The notes under the pieces are model-generated. The model worked only from the letters and a program-made list of their open reading frames with translations. It searched no databases and was not told where the DNA came from. The position numbers were made by a program, and so were the translations under genes. Below, in pieces: positions 1 to 14,467 of a stretch of DNA of 64,000 nucleotides. How positions within the stretch are numbered: the stretch's first letter is position 1; each line of letters starts with the position of its first letter. Source of the DNA: Octopus vulgaris (Eukaryota); assembly GCA_951406725.2 (NCBI GenBank), contig OX597814.1:147684001-147748000 (forward strand), read 5' to 3'.

Positions 1-53
<53 letters not shown>

Positions 54-303
54 GTAGATAGAAAGATAGATATATAGATAGATAGATAAATAGAGAGATA
101 GATAAATAGATAGATAGATAACTAGGCAGATTGATAGAGACAGATAGACAGACAGACTGATAGACAGACAAACTGACAAAGGAAGAGACACAGACAAACA
201 TACATACATACAGACAGACAAACAGACAAACAGTCTGTCAGTCAGGCAGGCAGAAAGACAGACAGGCAGAAAGACAGACAGCTAGATAGATAAATATGCA
301 GGC

Positions 304-336
<33 letters not shown>
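1..336. repeat. (GATA)n/(GACA)n compound microsatellite
   Basis: Direct tandem GATA and GACA units. Confidence 0.97.
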
Positions 337-715
337 CCCTTTGATTATATAAAATATATTGCGACGCTCTCAAATTGGCACAGCTACTGGGAAGCATTGC
401 ACACTCCACTGGCATAAATGTTTCATTACCCTGATACTTCCATTCGTTAAACGTAAAGGGATTGCTGAATGTATGGAATAATGTCGGCGTTCGTTTAATG
501 TCAATGGGTTGCTCATTTCGAGAATAATATCAACATGCTGCTACTGTCTTCCGTACAACTTATCTAGCAGACCTTCTAGTTCAGAATCGTTAGGCCACCT
601 TTCATCTCAAAAGTAATAGCAGACAGGGATTCGCATGGGGAAAAAAAGACACTCGAAGTAAGCTTAATGACGAGATTTTAACTCAATTAAAAACCTTTTC
701 AAGGTGGAGAATAAA

Positions 716-931
716 TAGAGCTGTTAGCGTGTTGGAAATAGAATGCTTCGCAGTGTTTGTTCCAATTTTCTGCACTCTGAGTTCAATTCCCGACGAGATT
801 ACTTCTGTCTTTCATCATTTCCTGGCTGATGGAAAACATCAGACTAGGGCGGTGAATCAACAACAGAATTGTGATAACGTCAAACGGGGAATCTGTTTGG
901 GCTATCTGTCTATCTATCTATCTATCTATCC

Positions 932-984
<53 letters not shown>

Positions 985-1050
985 ACTATCTATCTATTTG
1001 TCCCTTCTGTGTTCAGCCCTGTGTGGCTAATAAAGAAACATATCTATCTA
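716..1050 (+). mobile_element. Diverged SINE family B copy with internal (TATC)n; tail repeated at 1276-1316
   Basis: ctctgagttcaattcc B-box-like segment and tctttcatcatttcc domain, then tail ttgtcccttctgtgttcagccctgtgtggctaataaagaa, which recurs at 1276. Confidence 0.6.
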
Positions 1051-1313
1051 TCTTCCGATCTACCTATCTATCTATCTTTTTTCATTTCTCTTTTCTTTTG
1101 TTCCTTTTCCTTTTCCTTTTCTTTTTTTCTTTTTCTTTTTTTCTTTTTTTTTTTTTTTGTTCTTTTCTTCCCTTTTACGATCCCTCTTGATCGAAAATCT
1201 ACGCCACCCTTTTTTTTTGTTTCTTTTGTTTTTTGTTTTTTTCATCCCCCAAAAGAAAAGCTCTACCTTGTAACTTGTCCCATCTGTGTGCAGCCCTGTG
1301 TGGCCAATAAAGA

Positions 1314-1401
<88 letters not shown>

Positions 1402-1604
1402 GTCTGTCTGTCAGTCTGACTGTCTGTCCGTAAGTGTATGTTTGTTTAAGAAAAACATTATTCGCAAATACTTGCTGTATGCCCAGTGCGTATTTTAGTC
1501 CCTTTAAGTCGTTCATTTAGTAAAAAAACATCGTCGTTGTACACTTTCTAAATTGTTTTATGCTCTTCTGTAGTCAGCAGTCATTTACAACTCCAACAAA
1601 GAAA

Positions 1605-1611
1605 GACAACA

Positions 1612-1645
<34 letters not shown>

Positions 1646-1748
1646 TTGCTATCACAGCTATAAATGCTACTTTCTTTTCTGCAGCTGCTACTGCTGCTGT
1701 TACTACGACTGCTCTTCTTCTTCTTCTTCTTCTTCTTCTTCTTCTTCT

Positions 1749-1783
<35 letters not shown>

Positions 1784-2182
1784 TATTCCGTCTCCTTCAT
1801 TCTTTCTTCTATTTTGTCTTCTTCTTCTTCTACTCCTTCCTCTTCTTTCTTCTTCTCCTGTTTCTTCTTCTTCCTCATCTTCTTCTTCATTATTTCTTCT
1901 ATTTTGTTTTCTTCTTCTACGCCTTCCTCTTCTTTCTTCTTCTCCTGTTTCTTCCTCTTCTTCTTCTTCTTTCTTGTACTTTCTTCTTGTACGTCTTCTT
2001 TCTTCTTCTTTATCTTCTTCTACTTCTTTTTCTTCTTTTTTTTTCCACTGCTGCTGCTGCGTTGCTGCTTCCTCTTTTGCTACTACATCTGCTGCCCATG
2101 TTGCTGCTTCTTCTGCTACTACTGTTGATATCTGCTGCTGCTGCTGCTGCTGCTCATCATATTTCTCTTCCTACTGCTTCCG

Positions 2183-2249
<67 letters not shown>

Positions 2250-2600
2250 AGCAGCTGCCACTGTTGCTGCTATTGTCTTTGCTTTCAAAGCCACTACTAC
2301 TACTACTACTACTACTCCTACTCCTACTGCCACTACCACTGCTGCTCTTCCTTCTTCCTGCTGCTCTAATACTGTTTATTTATTCTGTTGCGCTTCGTCT
2401 ATGGCTGCTACTGCTTCTAGTGTTACTGCTTTTGCTGCTACTACGACTGTAGATGCTACTGCTAGCTTCCCCTGCTGCTAGCTTTTCTGCTTCTGCTTCA
2501 TCTGACGTTGCTATCACTACTTCTGTTTCTGCTTCTACTTCTGGTCATGATGTTCCCGCTGCTATTACTACTGTAACTACTGCTTCTAATGTTGCTTATA
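1605..2600. repeat. Compound trinucleotide low-complexity tract (CTA/CTG/CTT) with an internal ~85-bp duplication
   Basis: Tandem triplets; ttcttctattttgt...ccttcctcttctttcttcttctcctgtttctt occurs at ~1804 and ~1894. Explains the poly-S/Y/C/T ORFs. Confidence 0.95.
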
Positions 2601-3684
2601 ATAATGATGATTGACAGAGAGAGAGAGAGAGAGAGAGAGAGACAAAAGCACAAACAATGAATGGATGGGGGTTGGGTTTAAATTTATTGATCCAAAATAT
2701 AATCTGTCCTTTTGTTTGCACTATAGAGGTAAATATCAAAATTCCAACTTTACCATGATACGAACTGATAACGTAGATTAATAATGTAAGGCAAAAAAAG
2801 CTACAGATTTAGTCCTTAACCCAACTGTTTCACCCTTATAAAATATTCGACCTAGTTGATATTTAGCACAAGGTCAACCCTCATCAGTCAAACTTATGAT
2901 TAAATATCATTATAGCTATGATCATCACTCATTTTTTGGGGAGATATGTCTAAGATTGCATCGAATAATCAGCTGGAGTAGGCATCCTCCTGGGGTTAAA
3001 ATGATAATAACGTCGGTTTCTACGGAACGGTCATGTTGAAATGGCGATAAGCATTACTTCTCAGTATAGTTTCTGCTTTCATCCCTTATAGAAATTCTCT
3101 AACTAGCTAATTTGCTTATTCTTAAGTTTGCATTAATCATAATGTTGTTTCCTGTTTAGAGTTGGTAGAGTGCGAAGATATTTAACTGCTATTTCTCCCA
3201 ATTCAAGTAGCTTTATACAACCTCTACACATCGTAAACAGTATGTTCTGACCAAAATTGTGACCTTGCGGATTACAAATCCTCTATATTTTCCATATACA
3301 ATCGATTACAACGGCCATTAATTCTCGACTGATAATAATTTTATCGACCAGAGAAAAATCTAAGCAAGGTCGATTTTCGATTTGAATTTAGAGCGTTGTG
3401 GACAAAACCAAATAACAACATAAAGCAAAACAATAAACTGTATTTTACCTTTTAATAATTTAGATAAATTCACAATTTCAATGATTTAAAATTTCGTAAT
3501 AATTATTTGTAAATGAAGACACAAGACAACAAATTGTGTTAGCAGAAACGTACTCTTTGCACTGCGTAGAACATGCGTGCGCATGTGTGCACGTTCATGT
3601 ATACGTGCGTGTGTATATATGTGTGTGTGTATATAAATATATACATATGTATATATATATATATATAGATGTATGTATTCATGT

Positions 3685-3763
<79 letters not shown>

Positions 3764-5514
3764 GAGTGTGTGCGTGTGTCTGCTTACGTGTTCTTTCCCG
3801 AAAACAGCAGTTCTAGAATTCGTTTATATTGTCTGGCCATTGTCATATATGGTTATAGTCCACCAAGGAAATATTCATCCATATTTTCCAACATATATTT
3901 TAAATTGTATTTCATGAAACATAGGATATTTCTCGATGAATTTATTATGTATCCTAAAATAAAAATAACAATTTTTTGTAATACAGATAAAAAAGCCAGA
4001 CGTTTTCCGGGAGAGAAATAACCGATACTTTGCCTCTAGTATTTGACTATTATTTCCTTTAAATGAGTCTGAAGTTGTGAAACACAACGTTGAGATCTCC
4101 GGGATTTGAACTTAGGATTTGAACTCGGAACTTCGATCGGGATTTGAACTTAGAACAAAGAACCTGGAGGTTAAACCTCGAGCTCTACAGATTCTGCCCG
4201 TTCACCGCCCTTAATTGATGAGTGAATCACAGATGGACATATAGAACGTGAGAAAGGCGGCTTACACTGCTACTTTCTTTAACTTTTCCAGCTCTTCTGG
4301 GAGAAACCTTTCAAATTTCATTTGATTGCACACCTGAATTTTTTATCTTAAAAGATCAGGTTTAGGTTTTCTTCTCCCATCCACATTAGGGTACAACCCC
4401 GAGCTTATTTTGTGATCTAGTGTTGTGATGACGGTGTATATATCACTAGAAACACCACTTATACACATATCATTAAAGGTCACTTCAATGTTGACCACCT
4501 GTCTATACTGTGCCACAAAGGCAGCCTCCAACTAAAGGTCAACATCAGTACCACCACCTTAAATGGGGATCCTCTAGTTCTTACGTCCAAAGTATTCTGA
4601 GATTAATATATAGATATGCATTATGATGCATTAACATAAACTTCTTTCTTTGCCTAGCACTCGGTATTAAACACAGCGCATATAGTACCTTATGTCTTGT
4701 ACGTATTATATAGTACTCAAATTTCTGCAAATAAGGCATTCAGACACGTAGTAGAAGACACAAAGAAATACCTTGTGGCTTAGCAACGGACAAGGTCACC
4801 TTCCTCGTCTGTCATTCCTGTATGCGAACACCCGGAAGAAATGCACCTGTTTTTGACAGGTAATGCTGTTATCCCTTCTTTGATTCGTCTAAAATATCCA
4901 TAGATAGAATTCGCCTATTTCAGGTTACGTTTGCAAAATACTAACCTCATCTTTCATTCACATATATCTATTTGTTGGTGAGTAATCGCCATTCTTGTTT
5001 GACTTTGCAACTTTGTTGCGAATGTTTAAGCCAGTTTTATTAATATATTTGTGAAAATGTTCTTTCCTTTTTCCTCTCGATGTGTCTATTCAGAGTGGTT
5101 AGCCCCCTTTCTTGTCTCTCTTTTGTTTCCTTAGACTGCAGAATATTTTTCACAATTGTTTGGTTTGGAGGGAATAATTTGTATTTATCGGTGCTAACAC
5201 CATAGAGGCAAGAAGCCCTTCCCTGTAATCCCAGAACAAACAACCATTTTCAATACTGATAAGCTAACAAAACTATAATGAAAGACTTATTTGCCCACAC
5301 ACAGTTGAAAAACAATTGAAACAACTGTCTAACCTCTCGTTACAATTGTTGCATCTGATACGAAACATAAATATACATCTATTTTTTTAACGAATAATCC
5401 ATCAGCAAATAGAATTCTAAAACAAAGGTACATGTAAAGAGGAGAAGCAAAAGCAACAACAACAACAATAATAATAATAGTAATAATAATAGTAATAATA
5501 ATAATAATAATAAT

Positions 5515-5945
5515 CCTTTCTACTTTGGACACAAGGCCTGAAACATTTGTGAGGAGAGAGGTAGTCCATTAAATCGACCCCAATGCTCAACTGGTACTTA
5601 TTTTATCGACACCGAAAAGACGGAAGGCAATAGTCGACCTCGGAGGAATTTGAACTCAGAACGTTAGGACTGACTAAGAGCCGCTAAGCATTTCTCCCGG
5701 CGTTTTAACGACTCTGCCAGATCATCACTTTAACAATAATAATGATGATGATTTCAAATTTTGGCACAAGGCCAACAATTTAGGGGGAGGGGTAAGTCGA
5801 TCACATCGGCTCTAGTGTTCAACTGGTACTTATTTTATTGTTCTTGAAAGGATGAAAGGTAAAGTCGCCCTCTAGTGGAATCTGAACTCCGAAGGTAAAG
5901 ACGGACGAAATGCGGTTAAGCATTTCCCCCGGAATGCTAACGTTT
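5515..5945 (-). mobile_element. Two tandem tRNA-derived SINE family B copies (Deu/Nin-like domain) ending in (ATT)n tails
   Basis: Minus strand: gttctgagttcaaattcc (B box), gtcgac...gcc(t)ttc...cttttcggtgtcgataaaataagtaccag, which resembles the Deu/Nin SINE central domain. Confidence 0.85.
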
Positions 5946-5957
5946 ATGTCAACGCAA

Positions 5958-6260
<303 letters not shown>

Positions 6261-6299
6261 AAACAACAGCAACAACAGCCACATTAATACATGGAAACC

Positions 6300-6520
6300 A
6301 AAGAAGAAAGTAAGAAAAATTGGGAAATATCGGGTCTATGCTTGAGCAGTGAAGAGTTTATGGAAAACTAAATCAACTATTCCTGTCGTAATTAGCGGAA
6401 TTGGAACAACACCCAAACTGCTGGAGGATATTGGAATTGAGATTGACATCGTCGATCTGCAGAAAAGTGCATTCGTTTATGCCGCCAGAATCTTCAAAAT
6501 AATTGTTGAGATTCGAGGAG
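6300..6520 (+). pseudogene. C-terminal fragment of an R4/Dong-like RLE non-LTR retrotransposon ORF
   Basis: Translation KSLWKTKSTIPVVISGIGTTPKLLEDIGIEIDIVDLQKSAFVYAARIFKII matches the R4/Dong C-terminal pattern RLW..VPVVIGALG..PK..LQK..L..TARILR. Confidence 0.8.
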
Positions 6521-6616
6521 ACTTCTTTTTACCAAATCTCAAGATATTACTGCTAATATAACATGTAACAGTTTTAATAAGAATAATGGAATAATAATAC
6601 TAAAAAGAATATGAGC

Positions 6617-6995
6617 ATAAGGCCAGTAATTTTGAGGGAGATGTGAAATCGATTCTGTCGATCTAATGCGCAAGTGGTACTTCTTTTACCGACTCCAAAA
6701 AGGATCAAAGTCAAAATGGACCTCAGCGGAATGAGAATTCAGAACGTAAAGACGGACGAAATGCTGTTGAGCATTTTGTCCGATGTGCTAACGATCCTGC
6801 CATCTTGCCACCTGGGTTTTAATAATCCTATTAAAGCCCATGGCTTGAAATTTTTGGGGAGGCGACTAGTCGATTATATCGACCCCAGTGTTTCACTGGT
6901 AATAATTTATAGCCTCGGTAAAGATGAAAGGCAAAGTCGACCAAGGTGAGATTTGAACTCAGAACGTAAAGACGGGTGAAATGTCGCAAAGCATT
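6617..6995 (-). mobile_element. Two further SINE family B copies
   Basis: Same B-box and Deu/Nin-like domain as the 5515-5945 copies. Confidence 0.8.
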
Positions 6996-7019
6996 ATCAT
7001 TTAATAATGATTGTAACGA

Positions 7020-7571
7020 TTTCAAATTTTGCCACAAGGGTAGCCATTTTCGGAGAGGAGATAAGTCGATTACAGCGACCCCTGTGTTTCACTGTTACTT
7101 AATTTATTGAACCTGAAAGGATGAAAGGCAAAATCGATCTTGGTAGAATTTGAACACAGAACGTAGCGACAGACGAAATACCTATTTCTTTACTGCCCAC
7201 AAGGGGCTAAACACAGAGGAGAGAAACAAGGACAGACATACGGATTAAGTCGATTAAATCGACTCCAGTGCGTAACTGGTACTTAATTTATCGACCCCGA
7301 AAGGATGAAAGGCAAAGTCGACCTCGGCGGAATTTGAACTCAGAACGTAACGGCAGACGAAATACCTATTTCTTTACTTACCCAAGGGGCTAAACATAGA
7401 GAGGATAAACAAGACAAACGGATTAAGTCAATTAGATCGACCCCAGTGCGTCACTGGTACTTAATTTATCTTAAGGCAAAGTCGACCTCAGCGGAATTTG
7501 AACTCAGAACGTGACGAAATTCTGCTAAGCATTTCGCCCGGTGTGCTAACGTTTCTGCCAGCTCGCCGCCT
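7020..7571 (-). mobile_element. SINE family B trimer: one tRNA-like head, two long-tail units, terminal short-tail unit
   Basis: Head ggcggcgagctggcagaaacgttagcacaccgggcgaaatgcttagc at ~7570; units joined by aaagaaataGGTATTTCGTC. Confidence 0.9.
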
Positions 7572-7759
7572 ACGCCTTATTTGATAACGATAATTATAAG
7601 ACTGGTTTCTTTAGTTGACATAATCTCGATAGCTGACGAGACATTATTATCGAAATTATTTCTAGCATAAAGAGAGAGAGAGAGACTGGGTGACAAAGAA
7701 AATGAGACAAGAAATGCAAACTCTCTACAATGTAACTTGGACCAAGACGTAGATCTGTG

Positions 7760-7915
7760 GTTCAGAAGTTGTCTGCGTAAGGGAAAGGTTTTGGGATCTA
7801 TTCTACTGTGCAGTAACATGGGCAGGGCAGTATATTTTCATGACCGCCTTTAGATGACTAATACGTTGTAGCGGAAACTTGGTCGATGGAAACTACTTGG
7901 AAGCCCGCCGCCATT
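7760..7915 (+). mobile_element. Diverged SINE family A 5' half
   Basis: tgtggttcagaagttg...ctactgtgcagtaacatgggca...ttggtcgatggaaact...gaagcccg resembles family A. Confidence 0.5.
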
Positions 7916-8548
7916 TATGTGTGTGCGTATCTGTATATATAATATGTTTGTGTATATATATTTTTGTATGTCAGTGTATGTGTGTGGGTTTATGAACGAA
8001 GAATACAATTATCGGAGAGGAAACAGAGAAACAGGTGCATTGCGCACAACGTTCCGTGTTACATGTTATGTATCGAGTTACGGGTCCCAGCAACACTATC
8101 GTTCTCCACCAGCAACATACCCTAAATATTTAAACAGATAACTAACTAAGTAAATAAATAGATTCATAAATACACATTCTACCAATAAATACGAGTTTCG
8201 AATCCTGGCAACGTGCATGTTGCTATTTGTATAAAATTGATGCATTTTAATGCCTGATGTAATACATGTCATGCATTTGGAATATAAAGGATGTTTTTTT
8301 TTTACCATCTTCCTTTTATTAAAGCTTTATTATACTTGTTTTGCTTGTTTGCTGTTAGTTTTTAGTTATATGTTTTAGATTTCCACCTATAAAGATCGAA
8401 ATGTCACCTTTATATGTCACAGCTGCAAGATTGTAGATTAAAAGGTCTACTTAGTCATCATTCAGTACGTGAGCAATCACTGGAACAATATCACAAACTA
8501 ATCGCCCGCCCCTTTCTACTATTCCTCAACTCTCTCTCCCTTTCTCTC

Positions 8549-8613
<65 letters not shown>

Positions 8614-8680
8614 CACTCGTCGTATCTGTCTCTCACTCTCTTTGGTGTATATGTGTGTGTATGTACACGCGTGTGTGTGC

Positions 8681-8730
<50 letters not shown>

Positions 8731-9588
8731 GTGCACACACATGCTCTCGCATATGTATATACTGGCACACGTATGAAGCAGATACAAACATGTACACGCA
8801 CATGTACAACTAAGTATATATATACAGAGAAAGAGAGAGAGAGAGAGAAAGAGCTAGAGAAAGATATATATGTATGTGTGTGTATGTATGAATGCATATA
8901 GTTACACAGAGACACATTCACAAGCGTATATGTGTACACGTGTGCATGTGTCTGAGAATGTGTGTATATGCGTGCATATGTGTATGTATGTGTGTGCTTA
9001 TGCGCGCGCTCGTGTACTGCTCTCTAATGTAACTTTCCTTTTTCAGTATTTGCCGTCCCCTCGTCACTAAGGTCTCGTATTTTTTTCTTTATTGTCTTTA
9101 CTTTCTCTAGTTTTCCAGAGTGCTTCATTGTTGGCGTTGAGTCATCATACCATTTATCTGTTCTCTAACTCTATCACCAGGATCAGCTGCGTGCGATTCA
9201 GGTGTATACAGTATTGCTCATACATTATGTCGCATGTGTTTTCTTTGTGTACACTTGAATGCGCCTATAATTTTTATTGCAAACCGGGCATTACTTTATT
9301 TATATGCACGACGTTACATCCAACAAATGATGTCACAATACACACATACAAAGCCCCACATAGACAAGCACAAAACACTCACAAACACTTTCACACACAC
9401 ACACATGTTCATATACACAAGCATAATTTGTAAATGTACTATTTTCCATGTGTAAAACTATTCCTAAGAGGTCGAGTTGCATAACTATGTGGTTTTCTTT
9501 CCATTTAGTAAGCTTTTTCCACATGGATGTTTTCTTATTCAAGGTACGTCTTCATATATCATCCTGAGAAAATTTTCTCTTTCTCTTC

Positions 9589-9622
<34 letters not shown>

Positions 9623-9625
<3 letters not shown>

Positions 9626-10097
9626 GAGTGAGAGAGCAGTGCATGTCATCAAAATGAGACTGGGGTAAAAATATACGAAGACCAGTATATCCATCATGAC
9701 GACCCGTCTGATAAAGGTACACCAGACACATGCATCACAACCATGTTTGCGCGACATGGTGATCTCATATCAAGATAAACAGCGCATGACCTTGAAGGTG
9801 GGGCCCAGTTAGAATTTTTTTCTGGTCGCGATGTGGCCCATCTCGCTCAAAAGGTCTCTCAATAAGGATTATTTCAGGATGTTGAACGAACCACCTATGT
9901 TTTCAAAGCTGAATTATCCTAACCTCAAAGAATTCCTCTCCACACACGGCTATGATGCTCCCTCACTACTTCTGCTTGTGATCAGAGATGCACATATCGT
10001 CAGCCACAAAGGAGCATGGTCAACTAAAGTCAAACAACTGACAAGTAAATCTGTGGTATTGAGCAAAATATTTGCAGTAGCCCATCTTTTATACCAA
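9623..10097 (-). mobile_element. 5'-truncated copy of the ~547-bp (TAA)n-associated element
   Basis: Colinear with 47200-47746; abuts (TTA)n. Strand inferred from the truncation pattern. Confidence 0.85.
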
Positions 10098-10144
10098 TTA
10101 TCATTATCATTATTATTTCTATCATCATCATCATCATCATCATC

Positions 10145-10181
<37 letters not shown>

Positions 10182-10183
10182 CA

Positions 10184-10258
10184 GGTATAGTGTAAATAGC
10201 AAAGTACCAGGATCTAGCCATTGAGTTACAGAGACTATGGAAAGTGCGGTCAAAATTT
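10184..10258 (+). pseudogene. Short R4/Dong-like RLE fragment, inverted relative to the adjacent copy
   Basis: Encodes IAKYQDLAIELQRLWKVR; 51/57 nt identical by eye to the reverse complement of 10441-10497. Confidence 0.85.
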
Positions 10259-10259
10259 T

Positions 10260-10925
10260 ACAACGAGTAACATATGATGTCAAGAACCCTCCAAAATATT
10301 CAAGTTGTCCCTAAAAGCACTGTTTTCTGGAGTTGTATTAAACTAGGTTTCATGTCTATTTCCTCTATCCATTAGTTCAAATCTTTAGGGATAGTTCCTA
10401 ATGCACCTATAGCCACAGGGATAGATTTTACTCGCCCTTACCATAGTCTCTGTAACGCAATGGCTAGATCCTGCCACTTGGCTATTTTCTCTATACCGCT
10501 CATATTAACTTTAAGACTATAAAGTAAATTACCTGGTCCTTTGTATTCTCTTTGTCTACTACAACTAAATCGGGTCTTGTGCTTCTATTACTCTGTCCGT
10601 CTGCAACCATAACCATGGCTCACAATTACAGTTGGCTGCAACTAATGGTAAGCAAATGGTTGGTCTATAATTACTAGCTATATTGCTCTTTCTTTTGTCA
10701 TCCAATCTGGTATTACTTCTCCATCCAGCCAATCCTGAAGTTATTCCCTCAGTCTCCCATGTAAGCTACTAAATTTCTTTAGCCAGTGCTCTTGAAATAT
10801 ATCTGATCCTGGGCCTTTCCTATTCGGCATTTTTCCTCGTTAATACACTAGTTAGTCTTACATCTCGTTGCTTCTCACCGATTATTACTTCCCTTTCTTT
10901 CTTTAACACAGCTACATATCCATGA
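10260..10925 (-). pseudogene. Internally deleted R4/Dong-like non-LTR retrotransposon (RT N-terminus fused to RLE)
   Basis: Minus translation: KMPNRKGPGSD..HWLKKFSSLH..IPDWMTK..NYRPTICLP, then QTDRVIEA.RPDLVVVDK..EKIAKWQDLAIALQRLW..IPVAIGALGTIPKDL..LQKTVLLGT, with stops and frameshifts. Confidence 0.9.
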
Positions 10926-10952
10926 TGATTGACTATTTTGTCTGAAATATTA

Positions 10953-11127
10953 CCACTAAGGGACATGCTCAACTGGGTAAGGTCAAACAACTGACAAGCT
11001 AATCTATGGTATTGAGCAGAATATTTGCTGTAGCACATATTTTATACCAAGACAAAACAATATACATGATAACACTTCCAATCACTTAAGATCAGAAGCC
11101 ACGAGAGCTATTGCTTGGTACTGCACC
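10953..11127 (-). mobile_element. 5' part of the ~547-bp (TAA)n-associated element
   Basis: Matches ~47576-47740 (ccactaagggacatg...taagatcagaagcca). Confidence 0.85.
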
Positions 11128-11146
11128 AGTACCAGGCAGTGGCTGG

Positions 11147-11345
11147 TGGACGAAATGCTTTGTGTTATTTCGTCCGCTGCTGCGTTCTGAGTTCAAATTC
11201 CGCCGAGGTCGACTTTGCCTTTCATCCTTTCGGGGTCGATAAATTAAGTACCAGTTACGCACTGGGGTCGACGTAATCGACTTAATCTGTTTGTCTGCCC
11301 TTGTTTGTCTCCTCTATGTTCAGCCCCTTGTGGGCAATAAAAAAT
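11147..11345 (+). mobile_element. SINE family B monomer, long-tail type
   Basis: gttctgagttcaaattccgccgaggtcgactttgcctttcatcctttcggggtcgataaattaagtaccag plus the long tail and (ATT)n. Confidence 0.9.
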
Positions 11346-12354
11346 TATTATTATTACTATTATTATTGTTGTTGTTGTTGTTGTTGTTGTTATCATTATT
11401 ATTATTATTGTCGACTTATAGCCCGAAATTGCTGGCCAAGTAGCAGCCGTAACTATTGTCGTTTTGTGATTGTTGTTGTTGTACAAGAAGGGTGAATGAA
11501 CGATTGATGGGGGAGTCGGCAGAATGTATGGCAATCTGTATTCTGCAATTTATTTGCTCTTTCTACATTATGAATTAAAATCCTGCAGAGGTGAAATTTG
11601 CCTTCCATTCTTCAGTGGTCAATTAGCACCTGCTAATTATTGTCGCCAATATAATTGACAGTAGCTTTACGCTAAAATACTTTGGCCTTTTTTTTTTCTA
11701 TGTTGTTCATAATTGCAATTATTTCTAAAACGGCTATGAGGTCTCCTGGCCTTGCCACTAACTCATTACATTTCAAGTAGCTGAAAGAACCACATGATTT
11801 AAGGAGCAATCATGATATATTCCCTTGTTCAATAAAACTGTGATCAGCTTCTTTGACTATCATTTAAACCAGGATTTCCGAAACTATTTCATTCTTTTTT
11901 TTTTTTTTTTGTCTTTCTATTTGCCCGCTGGCAATATTTTGAACAGAAATTTACCCTAACTCAGTTTTCGTTCAGTAATTAGTTTAAATGTTTGCCAAAG
12001 CAACTTGCGGGGGAAAAAAACATTTAAAATAATATCCTTAAACAATATTATTTTAAATTCAAATAACAATAACAAGAAAAAGTCCACATAACAATGACGA
12101 TTACATAATTTACGGCAAAAATTATGATCTGATACCTAAACCAAACACAGTTTTCCGAATTTTACTATTCCATTAGTACAACAATAATTAAGAAGAAATT
12201 AAAACGGCAAAACAAAAAAAGAGATAAATTATTTGTTTTGCTTTTTCTCCTATTTTTTATATCCAGAATGTACCTACGTCAGAATTTCTTCACAAATTAC
12301 GATTTCTTTTTTAAAAATCATAATTCGAAGAGAAATAATATAAATAATAATATT

Positions 12355-13054
<700 letters not shown>

Positions 13055-13437
13055 GTGTGGAAAACAAGTATATATATATATATACAACTACAAGTCCATA
13101 GGTCAGGAAAAAGATGCACTCCTATATCTGTCAATAGAGTGGGTATATTATCCGAGCTGTACAGTATGATGGATTCATCACGGCTAATCTTACCAATCGG
13201 TTTCGTGCTAGGGATACAACTCTCAACTAAATCCCCTACCCGGTTCGTTTCATCATCCTTTCACAACAACCCCAAACCGGATGTGTCCCTTTACCTCCAA
13301 CAATAGAGAGCAGTCGCCGTGTTTCTTTCCATATGAACTACCTCTGATGAGCGTTAGGTTATATAATCGGATTGTTTCCTAACATTCCGTTGTACTCCTA
13401 GCGAGAAGCCGTTTGGAACGATTGATAAGAATTGTCG

Positions 13438-13533
13438 CTTGCTCAGTTTGATCCTGCAGCGGTGATTGTTGTAGCTTATGACGCTTCAAAATACGGCTTA
13501 GGATCAGTAATGCTACATAAATATAAAGATACT
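13438..13533 (+). pseudogene. Ty3/Gypsy-type RT-RNase H fragment
   Basis: Translation LAQFDPAAVIVVAYDASKYGLGSVMLHKYKD matches the L.HFDP..P..V..DAS..GLGAVL.H motif of LTR-retrotransposon RNase H. Confidence 0.75.
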
Positions 13534-13681
13534 AGCAGAGTATTTGGGAATACATCAAATGGAGACAGTTAGTGTCAACCCCGTCCCGTGGTACTATGTA
13601 TCACACTGTATTAGTGCACGAAACAAAGGTGACGTATACAGAAACCACATTATGAAAATATTATATATACATTTGTATGTA

Positions 13682-14085
13682 GGCGCAGGAGTAGCTGTGT
13701 GGTAAGTAGCTTGCTTACCAACCACATGGTTTCGGGTTCAGTCCTACTGCGTGGCACCTTGAGCAAGTGTCTTCTGCTATAGCCCCGGGCCGACCAAAGC
13801 CTTGTGAGTGGATTTGGTAGACGGAAACTGAAAGAAGCCCGTCGTATATATGAATATGTATATATATATGTGTGTGCGTGTATGTTTGTGTGTCTGTGTT
13901 TGTGCCTCTAACATTGCTTGACAACCGATGCTGGTGTGTTTATGTCCCCGTCACTTAGCGGTTCAGCAAAAGAGACCAATAGAATAAGTACTGGGCTTAC
14001 AAAGAATAAGTCCTGGGGTCGAGTTGCTCGATTAAAGGCGGTGCTCCAGCATGGCCGCAGTCAAATGACTGAAACAAGTAACAAA
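13682..14085 (+). mobile_element. Full-length tRNA-derived SINE family A with internal (TA/TG)n
   Basis: A-box-like tagctgtgtgg, B-box-like ggttcagtcc, CORE-like ccttgagcaagt, central microsatellite, 3' half ending actgaaacaagtaa. Confidence 0.9.
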
Positions 14086-14330
14086 AAAGAGAGAAAAAAA
14101 AAGCGTATATAGATATATAAATATATTGGGTGTCTATAGATTATTTTCACAGCTTCCACAACTTATTGTATCTTTTAAAGAATTTATCCATCAGTCGACT
14201 TCTTTCTTGCGATCAACAGTTATTTTCTCTAGCTTTACATGATACTCACAAACCTAGGTTTCTGGGTAGTTATCCACGTAAATATAAATAGATAGATACA
14301 CACACACGCACACACACGCACACACACACA

Positions 14331-14384
<54 letters not shown>

Positions 14385-14399
14385 GGGGAGCATACACAC

Positions 14400-14467
<68 letters not shown>

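Noticed and set aside
4420-4520. APE endonuclease-like IIKGHFNVDH
   Set aside because: Too short, and it lacks the catalytic D of GDFN.
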